DNA of 64,000 nucleotides from NCBI RefSeq assembly GCF_030684315.1, contig NC_081385.1:6188341-6252340 (forward strand), read 5' to 3'. Positions 40,305-49,721 of the stretch are shown here, piece by piece. How positions within the stretch are numbered: position 1 is the stretch's first letter; every line of letters starts with the position of its first letter. The notes under the pieces are model-generated. The model ran no database searches. It was not told the origin of the DNA and was given only the letters and a program-made list of their open reading frames with translations. This stretch comes from Stegostoma tigrinum. Its lineage: Eukaryota. Both the position numbers and the translations under genes were made by a program.

Positions 40305-40539
40305 ACTCATTTTTGAATGCCCCTGGGGATGTGGACATCGCTGGCTGGTGTGAATACATTATCAGAAAAGAAAAAATCCAGAATTTTGACCCAGCGACAG
40401 TGAAGGAGGCGATGTGTTTCCAAGTCAGGATGGTAAGTGACTTGGAGGAGATCTTCCAGGTGGTGGTGTTCCCATGTATCTGCTGCTTTTGTCCTCCCAG
40501 ATGTAAGCGGTCATGGGTTTGGAAGGTGCTGTCTGAGGA
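40305..40539 (-). mobile_element. Inverted LINE 3'-region fragment immediately after the scn2b stop codon
   Basis: 40385-40539 is the reverse complement of 40076-40233; another copy lies at about 59660-59955(-). Confidence 0.8.
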
Positions 40540-40573
40540 AGTACAAGCTCATACTTAGTTCTGACAGAGAGCC

Positions 40574-40773
40574 TTACTTTTCATCTTCTTCTTGATTGCC
40601 TTCGCCATCTGTTTTTCCTTCCTCTTCTGTTTTCTGATCTTCAGAATGATGATCTTGTTTCTTTTTCCTCCTCACACACTTCACGATGACTAAGACAAGA
40701 ATGACGATAGCCAGAAAGCCTCCAACTGATGCCCCTATAATCACAGCCACTGTGGAGTCACGCTCAGGGGGAA
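40574..40773 (-). CDS. scn2b: Sodium channel beta-2 subunit, last coding exon (transmembrane helix, cytoplasmic tail, TAA stop)
   Basis: (V)PPERDSTVAVIIGASVGGFLAIVILVLVIVKCVRRKKKQDHHSEDQKTEEEGKTDGEGNQEEDEK* is near-identical to the human SCN2B C-terminus. Acceptor cttgcAG at 40775-40774. 200 nt including stop. Confidence 0.97.
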
Positions 40774-40976
40774 CTGCAAGGTAAATATCACTGGGTGAGG
40801 GAAACGTTCCCACACTGTGCAGAGGAAGTGTTGTGGCAAATGCACACATTTGGAGAAAACAAACACATCCAGGAACAAGAGGCTTCCTGTTACATGTTTA
40901 AATAAGAGCATTTTGACGGGATTTTGTGATCAGCAGTAAGTCAGTTCAGAATTCCATCAGTGACAAATCGTACCTG

Positions 40977-41070
40977 AGTCCTGATGAAGGGTATAAACTT
41001 GAAATGTCGACTTTCCTGCTCTTTTAATGCTGCTGACCTGCTGTGTCCCACCACTCTGTACTAACTCTGA
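40977..41070 (+). mobile_element. Short pseudo-LTR-type insert beginning with a type I hammerhead-like fold
   Basis: agtc-CTGATGA-agggt(ataa)actt-GAAA-tGTC-gact: 4-bp stem I (agtc/gact), decayed stem II. Confidence 0.6.
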
Positions 41071-42399
41071 GTTATACCAGATAGTCAGGTGTCATACTGG
41101 CTGTGATAGGGGCCTACCAGAAATCAACTGGAGCTCAATGTTTATTTTATAGATGCACAGAAATCTGTAACGTCTACCTTTTCAGCTTTATTTCTTACTT
41201 TCCTAGCATATACCACATATATCTGTAATGCAGTGTAATTTTTTTTTCTTCATTTTTTTTGTAGCTAAGATTCGTACCTAAGGTAGCGCTGTATGTTGGA
41301 GACATTGTACACTTCCACTGTACTCTTGTTCTTTTGTAACTTGAGTACACATGAAAATAAACTTAATTTTAACTCTAATTCTAATTCTAAAATCCCCGTG
41401 TTCCAATTGTTGCATTTGAAGGTAGTGCTCACACACCTCCATGTTAACAGCACCAGCCACCCCACTGAGATAGACAGACAATGAACAGCAAAACAAATAT
41501 AGGAGCAAAGATTGGAATTGAAGGTACAGGCCATCTTGCATTTGTACAGCACCTTTGATATAGTAAGGGGGTGAGTTAGCTGAGGTGGCTGGAGAGCGAT
41601 GCAAAATAAAGCCGAAAGCCCGGATTTGATCCTTGTATCAACCGACATAGTTCTGAGATCCTGCTTGTTCACCTCAGCCTATGCAGTAGTTAGCCTCAAT
41701 CTTTACAGAAACAGTGGTCTCTGTCTCTTTCTCTCTAATGGAGAAAGAGCTCTACAGTCCACTGTGGACTAAAGCTTCACACTACTACCAATGTCCTGAG
41801 GTTTCAGTGAGCCATGTAAGGAGATATGAGGACAGAGGACCAAAAGCTTGGTCAAAAAGGTAGATTTTAAGGAATGCCCTCACAAAGGATAAAGAATTGG
41901 ATATGTTTAAGGAAGAAATGCCAGCATTTAGGCAACTGAGGGAAAAACCTTGCCAGAGCAAAGGATATAAGGAAGACAGCAAAGGATAGGATTATAGGGC
42001 TAAGACCTTGAAGGGTGACAGAGATGGAAAAGGTTTCAGAGAAAATGAGAGATAGAAAATCTGAGAATATTAAACAGGAGGCTTTGGCAGACAAGGATTA
42101 GGAAACTGAATAAGGAACTGATGAAAGGCAGGAAATGGGCAGCAGAGTTTTGGATGAGCTGAGGTTTATAAGGATGAGGAGTGGGGTTAAAAAGAAGGCC
42201 TGGAGAGCACTGAGTAGCCGTGGATGATACTGGTTACGTCCTGGCTATCAGAGAGACAAGGCCTCTGCAGTCAGGGAGTGAGCCTAGTTTCAATCCCAGA
42301 GGCAGCTTTCTCCTCCTCCTCTTCCTGCCAAACTTCAACAGTTCTGCTTCACGAAACAACTAGGACCTTGTCAAGTAGGAGGTTCAAATTTATTTTAAT

Positions 42400-42672
42400 T
42401 TTCACAAAGTCCTTACAGTGCAGAAACAGGTCATTCAGCCCAGTGAGTCTGCACCAACCTTCTGAAGAGCATGCCACCCAGACCATGACCATATCCCAAT
42501 AACCCCACATTTCCTATTGCTAATCCACCTAGCCTGCACATCCCTGGACTGTGGGAGGAAACCCACACAGACAGTCTACGCAAGCTGCACACAGACAGTC
42601 ACCCGAGGCTGGAATCGAACCCAGATCCCTGGCACTGTGGGGCAGCAGTGTTAACCACTGAGCCACCATGTT
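42400..42672 (-). mobile_element. HE1/V-SINE-type tRNA-derived SINE in scn2b intron 3
   Basis: Head GGTGGCTCAGTGGTTAACAC...GGGTTCGATTCC (A and B boxes) and V-domain 'ggtttcctcccacagtcca'. Confidence 0.85.
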
Positions 42673-42916
42673 GACCTGCTTTGTTGTCTCTTCGAGAGTC
42701 ATATAACCACTTCTAAATCTGCATTAAATCCAAATTTTTTATTATACAGATAGTGAGTCAGCAGTGGGGCAGACAATATTGAAAACACAACACAGAAGAG
42801 CAGGAAGTATTACTGCAAAGAGAGAAAATGCAATGGTCAGTCACAGAAAGGGGATGTGCAGGCAAGTGAAAGATGGGACAGAAACTGATGGAGACGACAA
42901 CATTATTTTACAATAC

Positions 42917-43127
42917 CTTCTGTGACCACTTGCAGGTGGATTAGTCCCCACCCGTTATGTCTGTCAGGAGGATTTAACACAGAACAGTTGTAAAAGCCTT
43001 CATCACTGAGTTGGATGTCGTGAATTGTGATAGAGACATCGTTCCTTTTGAGGTTCCCTGACCACTCCACCCTGCCCGCAAAGCGGTCATCTCTGGGGAT
43101 GATAACCTTGCGCCGGAACTGAACAAG
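42917..43127 (-). CDS. scn2b: Sodium channel beta-2 subunit, coding exon 3 (C-terminal half of Ig domain); absent from the ORF track
   Basis: Manual translation LVQFRRKVIIPRDDRFAGRVEWSGNLKRNDVSITIHDIQLSDEGFYNCSVLNPPDRHNGWGLIHLQVVTE matches human FLQFRMKII...RVEFSGNPSKYDVSV...DEGIYNCYIMNPPDRHRGHGKIHLQV. Acceptor ccttatAG, donor GTATTG. 211 nt, frame-compatible with both neighbouring exons. Confidence 0.96.
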
Positions 43128-43799
43128 CTATAAGGTTGTGGGGGAAAGAAAAGGGAAAAAGGTAAATGGTTGTGTGGAAGCTTTTGTCAATTCATCTCCA
43201 CTGAAAGTCTTTTCTTGACCCAAAGACTCTGCCTGAACTCATCCAAAACACTGCAACCAGTACATTAACATACACACCAATTCTCACTCAACCATGGCCC
43301 CTGTGCCTACAAAGAGAAATATGCATGGAATTTTGCATGACTGGGAGCCAATGTGAAAATTCTCATCCTTGTCGTCCAATTTCTCCATTGCATCACACTT
43401 CCAAACTCTGCAATAACCTTCAGTCCTACAAACTTCTGAGATCTTGGTGCTTCCAATCTGTCATTCACACTTTTCACAGTATCACCATTGGCAGATGCTG
43501 AGATCCGAGTCTCTGGAATTTATTTCCAAACCTTCTCTGCTTCTCCAGCTCCTGCTGCCCTTCTAAGGAATGTTCCTGATAGCTTATTCCCTTCAAGCTA
43601 TTGGCCAACAGCCCTAATGACTCTCTACGTGGCTCACTGCTGAATCTTGTTTTATTTCAATGAAAAAAGTATTTGTCTCTGTTGATAACACTGCATAAAT
43701 GCAAATTGTGGTTGCTAAGGGAGACATTATGGTCTGCCCCAAGATCTGCTAGTAGCAGACTTCAGCCACCAGGAAAATTGCATCACCCCTTCACGGGCT

Positions 43800-44550
43800 G
43801 ATGCAGTTTGGTACAAAGAACATGCATAAACGGCAAAATACAAAGAGTACTATTCTAAAGTGTACGCAGGAGCAGAGAGAACTGGGCGTATGTATACATA
43901 TGTTAGTAAAGGTAGTAGGGCATGTAGAGAGAGCTGGTTAAAGCATGCCATAAGCAGACTTTGTTAATATGGGCATAAAGTACATGACCAGGGAGGCCAG
44001 GGAGGCTATGACGAAAGTATGTTAGACAATGGTTACACATCAGGTGGAGTACAGTACACACTTCTGGGTGCCACACTTCAGGAAGCCTTCAAATAAGTAA
44101 GATAGAACATAGAAGATGTTTACGAGAAAGTTTCCAGGAGTGGCACTGCTGGGACTGTTTTCCCTAGATAGGAGAAGGTTAAGGTGAGATCAAATTGAAG
44201 TTTCCAAAACCACAAGTAGTTTGTGCAGAATGGTTAGGGAAAACATGTTCCTGCTTGTCATGGAGCAAGAAGCAAAGGGCTCAGTTTTAAAGTGCTTTGC
44301 AGAAGCAAATATGAGTTGAGAAAAAAAAATTCTCAGCCAGCGAGTAGTTAGGGTGTGGAATGCACTGCCTGGAAGTGTGGTGGAGGCAGGTACAATTGAG
44401 GCATTCCAAATGGTATTAAATGATTATTTAAACAGAAACAAAATCCGGGGTTATGGGGAAAAAGACAGGAGGCTGGCATTATTAAAAGCTCAGAATGCAA
44501 GTGTACACACTGTGGGCTGAATTGCCTTCTTTGGAGTTGTGACAATTTTA
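43800..44550 (+). mobile_element. Old CR1 LINE 3' fragment in scn2b intron 2
   Basis: Remnants of the LEYxxxFWxPH, FSQRVVRVWNALP motifs and 3' tail. Confidence 0.7.
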
Positions 44551-45415
44551 TGACATATTTGTCTCACTGTATCAATCTAATAGACCAGCCTGGCTGGTCT
44601 TAAATGTGGTGTTCACAGTCATTATAAGAACTTGCATCTATACAGTGCTTTTAAGGCAATAAATACAATTCTTTGTGCTTTACAGGGGCATGATCAAAGT
44701 AAATTTGATCCCAACGCAAGGAAGAAGATAATGTGATGAAGATAACCAAAAGGCGATGAGAAACCAGCCTAAAAGGTGGAGACATTAGGGACGGAATTCC
44801 ACAGCTTTGAGTCTGGGCAGTTGAAGGCACAGCAGTCTGTGAATATCTGAGAGTGAGGGGTGCACAAAATGAGGCTGGAATTGAAGCAGCACAGAGATCT
44901 CAAAGGGTAGTGGATCTCAAGGGTGCAACTTTGGGAAGGGATGTAGTGTGGAGATACGTGAACATTAAGATGGGAATTTTAAAATTGATCAGAGGCCGAA
45001 TCAGGACCCGAGTCAGTCAGAGGTGAATAATGAATGCAAGTTTAAAAAATCAATTATATTTTGGATGGGCTTAGATTTACAAAAGGTGAAGTGTGGGAAG
45101 GCTGTTGAGTTCAGAAGTTACAAAAGCAAGGGTTGACAATTTCAGCAGTAGCTGAGATAAGATGGGTGCAGACAGATGACACACGGAAGGTGAGGGCAGT
45201 GGTCTTTGCGATGAAGAGGATTTGAGTAGGAGGACCACAAAGGATACAGAGCCTGTGAATAGCCTCAGGTGAGGGACAGAGACAATCACGTCACTCTTTC
45301 TGACGTTTATTAATAGGAAAATCTGGCTCATTTTTGGCTGGATGTTGGACAAGAAGTCTGATAAATCAGTGATTTCGAAAGAAGGGCTGAAACAGAACTC
45401 AGCGTTTCCAGTGTA

Positions 45416-46029
45416 ATAAAGTGTGGAGCTGAATGAACACAGCAGGCCAAGCAGCATCTCAGGAGCACAGAAGCTGGCATTTCAGGCCTAGACCCTTCAT
45501 CAGAGAGGGGGATGGGGAGAGGGTTCTGGAATAAATAGGGAGAGAGGGGGAGGTGGACCGAAGATGGAGAGAAAAGAAGATAGGTGGAGAGGAGGGTACA
45601 GGTGGGGAGGTAGGGAGGGTATAGGTCAGTCCGGGGAAGACGCACAGGTCAAGGAGGTGGGATGAGGTGGTAGGTAGGAAATGGAGGTGCGGCTTGATGT
45701 GGGAGGAAGGGATGGGTGAGAGGAAGAACAGGTTAGGGAGGCAGAGACAGGCTGGGCTGGTTTAGGGATGCAGTGGGGGGAGGGGATGAGCTGGGCTGGT
45801 TGTGCTATACCGTCCTCTCCACCTATCTTCTTTTCTCTCCATTTTCGGTCCGCCTCCCCCTCTCTCCCTATTTATTCCGGAACCCTCTCCCCATCCCCCT
45901 CTCTGATGAAGGGTCTAGGCCCGAAACGTCAGCTTTTGTGCTCCTGAGATGCTGCTTGGCCTGCTGTGTTCATCCAGCCTCACATTTCATTATCTTGGAT
46001 TCTCCAGCATCTGCAGTTCCCATTATCTC
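45416..46029. mobile_element. Inverted pair of Penelope pseudo-LTRs in scn2b intron 2
   Basis: Minus-oriented arm 45416-45803 and plus-oriented arm about 45810-46029. TSD agcgtttccagtgta (45401-45415) and agcatttccaatgta (46030-46044). Confidence 0.9.
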
Positions 46030-46590
46030 AGCATTTCCAATGTACTAGATGGTGCATTTTCAGATTATGTTACTGAAGGACAGTATGTAAATGATGAATA
46101 GGACAGTGACGTGGTTAGATCTTTGTGCAGCTCCAGGGGAAGCACTGTGAGAGTGGGAGGAAGAACTGTTACAGGAGATGCTGTGACTACATAAAATTAT
46201 GATATGATTATGCAGCTGAACCCACTGTAGGCCACTCCCTTATAGTGGATGACAGAGAAGACTTGCTGGAGGATTGTGTGATGCAAAGCTGTAGACAGGT
46301 CAACTAAGATAGAGAGGAATAGTTTACCATGGTCACAGGAATATTGGATATGATTTGTGACATTGTAAAGAACAGTTTAATGGCTACCACAAGTGACAGA
46401 AACTAGATGGAGAGAGCAACACAGGGAATTGAGAGAAATGGGCATGGATATGCGAAGCACCAACATCTTCAAGGACTTTGGGGAGCCAAGAAAGTCTGGA
46501 GATGGGTTGATACCCAAGGAGACGCTCTTCCAAAATGAAAATACCTTCCATCTCCCAGTTAAATTATACAGCAAAGTGCAAATCACTTAC

Positions 46591-46757
46591 CAGATCTTCA
46601 GTGCAGTTGTCACATTCAGAGTAGGTCCAATTTAAGGAGAATTGCTTTTCACTCACGTCATAACAGGAGTTGAAGGTGCAGCTCAGTTTGGCTGATGTAC
46701 CATTCAGCCCAATGACGTAAGGTGATACCATAACTTCCATAGCAGAGCCAATTTGGA
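46591..46757 (-). CDS. scn2b: Sodium channel beta-2 subunit, coding exon 2 (end of signal peptide and N-terminal half of Ig V-set domain)
   Basis: Translates (V)QIGSAMEVMVSPYVIGLNGTSAKLSCTFNSCYDVSEKQFSLNWTYSECDNCTEDL, matching human SCN2B MEVTVP...NGSDARLPCTFNSCY...KQFSLNWTYQECNNCSEEM. Acceptor ctctttAG at 46759-46758, donor GTAAGT at 46590. 167 nt, phase 1 in and phase 0 out. Confidence 0.96.
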
Positions 46758-47191
46758 CTAAAGAGAGGGGAGGGTGTGAGAAAGAGACTGTCAGAAGCCA
46801 AAGCATTGGGAATTATGGACTGTTCCATAGCTGTAAAATACAGTTTCTTCAACAATGAAAAATAAATTGGAAGTCCACTATTACAATTATGTAGCCTGGG
46901 TGTCCTCTCAAATTGGGAGGAGCAAAAGTTTAATTAAGTACCTCAAGTAAACTCATATATCAACAATTGGACCTAAAACCCTAAGCTACCCAATCGCCAG
47001 CACAGGACTGAACTGTTAAGGAGAACAGAAACCGACAAAGACATGCCTCACTCTCTCAATGCGTAAACTCAAACAATACAGTCAGGGAGAATCAGTCACC
47101 AATACCAACCCCCAAGCTCAGTCCTGGTACAGGGGAGGCTCACAGATAGCCTCCTCCTCACCAAAACTCACAAAGAAAACACTCACATTTC

Positions 47192-47761
47192 TACGGCATC
47201 CACCGCTCTCGATGTGAGACCAAGCGGAGGCCCGGAGACCGCTTTGTAGCACTCAGTTCACGACAAATGACAACACCTTCCAGTCGTGAGCCACTTCAAT
47301 TACCCCTCCCACTCCCTGGATGACATGTCCATTCTGGGACTCCTCTAGTGTCACAGTGACACCACCCACAAACTGGAGGACGTCATATCCCCCCCGGGTG
47401 CCTACAATCCAATGGTCTCAATGTGGATTTTACTAGTTTCATGATCTCTCCACCACCCGGCCTCATCCCATGACCAACCTTCCCTCTCATCCCCACCTCC
47501 TTGACTTGGCACAACCAGTCCATCTTGTCTCCCACGTATCCGCTCTTTCCACCTCACTGACCAATCCCCACCACGGCCTACCTGCACTCACCTATCACCA
47601 TCCCACGTACCTTTCCCAGCCCCACCCCTCCTCTATTTATTTCAGAGCACCGTTCCCCCTCCTCCACTTCAGAAGAAGGATCCCAACCCAAAATGTCAGC
47701 TTTCCTGCTGCTCTGGTGCTGCCTGGCCTGCTGTGTTTGTCCAGCTCCAACACTGTGTTAT
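47192..47761 (+). mobile_element. Penelope 3' fragment (GIY-YIG end and pseudo-LTR)
   Basis: Homologous to 36230-36750; perfect 12-bp TSD cactcacatttc (47180-47191 and 47762-47773). Confidence 0.85.
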
Positions 47762-48289
47762 CACTCACATTTCCAATATTAGTCCCCACAGCAAGAGGCC
47801 AACAATGTGTATTTGTGTGGCACTGTAAAAATAAAAATCCAGAAACCCTTCACTGGAGTGATTATCACAAAACAGAAGTGGACACGGAGCTGAATAAAGA
47901 GATGATGAACTAGTGTTTGGCTGCAGGAAGAGCTTGAAGCAATGTTAAAAGCTAGGAAAGGAATGGAGCAAGGCTCAAAGGGATGAGGCAATGGCCTAGT
48001 GGTATTATCACTCAGCTATTAATCCAGACACCCAGTTATGTTTTGGGAACCCAGGTTTGAATGCCACCACAGCAGATGATGGATTTTGAATTCAAACAAA
48101 TATCTGGAATCAATAAGGCATCAAGAAAGGAAATCTGCTGTCCTTACCTGGTCTGGTCTACAGACCCCTAAAACAATGTGATTGACTCTTAACTTCCCTC
48201 TGGAAAATTAGGGATGGGCGTAAATGCTGGCCTAGCCCAGTGATACCCTCATCCTGTGAATGAATCAAAAATATGGAAGCTGATGATGA

Positions 48290-49360
48290 GGGTATCCTAT
48301 GTGAGCACGGCCCCCACAACAGAAGTCCGCATTAATAAACTGCACCGATGTTGCCCGAACTGCACCAGCCCCGGTGCTGCTGTTATTCCTGCAGTCGTGC
48401 CTTCACTCTTTGCAGCTTTATTTGCATATCGCTGTGCTTTAAGGCTCTGTAAAAAGAAAATCTATATTTCCAAACTCTGCATCAAACAGAGGGCGACGCA
48501 GCTGGGTTCCAGTGCTGACTCTGCAGTACCAATATTGAATAGTACTAAGTTGGGTCTATCCCTGGGGATACTGCAATGGAACAAGATTCTTTTGCAAGAA
48601 AAAAGACAGCCATGGGGAGGAATCTCATCCTGTCTGTCAGCCTGAGCTGTTCAATTTGCATTGCTCCAAGAACTGAGCTCCAGAGAGGAGCTAGATCTCT
48701 CTCGGGAAAGTTATGAACAAATTCTTGCATTGCTCACTGAGCGTTCGAGGCCAGGATTCTTGGAGATTGCAGGACGGTTTGGCTGAGCTGGAATCTCGCC
48801 ATCTGTGAAGGTTACCGATCAGAATTACGAAGGTCCTCGATCGGCTGGTTCTCTTCAGGAGTCAGTGCACGCTCAGCATGCACTAGCCGGACACAAAAAC
48901 CTCTTGAACAGCGCAAGGAGGGATACCAATGCCCCGCGCCGCAGAAATGAAAACCCTCGGATAATGTTCCAAACCGGTCCTGGAGAGCAGGGGTGGCCCC
49001 TGCCAGGGTTAGGACAGATGTTCCAACCTAACAACACACCCCAGACGGTCTCGCCTGGGATGGTGACTGCATTCCCAACACCAATGTGTAACTTCGCACA
49101 GCTAACCTCACCTTATTGCCTGCATCGGGAAGCAATGAGTCAATGAAGGGTGCACCTTCCCACAAGCATAATGTCTCCACTGAAAGGCTAACGCCTGCCT
49201 CACTTCAGTGAGAAATTAGAGCAACTTGAAAGAATCTCTTGTTCATTTGCTTCCCTCTTGTTGAACAGTGACGGAGAGGTTCCCCCGTGCAGGTATGTGC
49301 AGAGGGATAGCAACGAAACGGTTAAGGACTTATTTAGTTTTATCACGTTATTGATCGACA
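48290..49360. promoter_or_regulatory. CpG-enriched unique segment upstream of scn2b exon 2 (possible promoter, 5' exon or enhancer)
   Basis: Local CpG excess (for example gccccgcgccgc, cctcgatcggc), no recognisable repeat, and donor-like sites near 48815 and 49111 on the minus strand. No convincing coding exon. Confidence 0.35.
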
Positions 49361-49439
49361 ATCAGCATTTAAAGTCTCCAAGTGGCATTTGCTTATTTAT
49401 TTGTTCCACAGAGAGAAAGACCTGTTGAGATGTAAACCA

Positions 49440-49720
49440 GGAAATGTAGGCTGACAGTTTAGAGCGAGCTTTACTCTGTATCTGATCCTGTGCTGTCCCA
49501 GTTCTAAGAGTGTTTGATCAGGATAGTTGGAGTTTTACTCTGCCTCTAACCCTGCGCCATGCCTGACCTAGGGCTGTTTCATGAGGACAATTTAGAGGAA
49601 CCTTTACTCTGTATCTAATCCTTGTTGTCCCTGTCTTAGGAGTGTTTGATGAGGGCAGTGCAGAGGATGCTTTACTCTGTATCTGACCCTGTGTTGTCCC
49701 TGTCCTGGGTGTATTTACAT
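49440..49720 (+). repeat. Degenerate ~65-bp tandem repeat array (left part)
   Basis: About 4 units of 'gacagtgtagagggagctttactctgtatctaaccc-gtgctgtccctgtcctgggagtgtttgat'. Confidence 0.85.
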
Positions 49721-49721
49721 C

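Noticed and set aside
40774-40849. N-terminal part of ORF 40574-40849
   Set aside because: Intronic read-through; SCN2B similarity starts at the acceptor at 40773.
48816-48860. Phase-1 donor preceded by ...RTFVILI-G, resembling a signal-peptide exon
   Set aside because: An in-frame TGA lies about 15 codons upstream with no ATG in between, so it cannot be coding exon 1.
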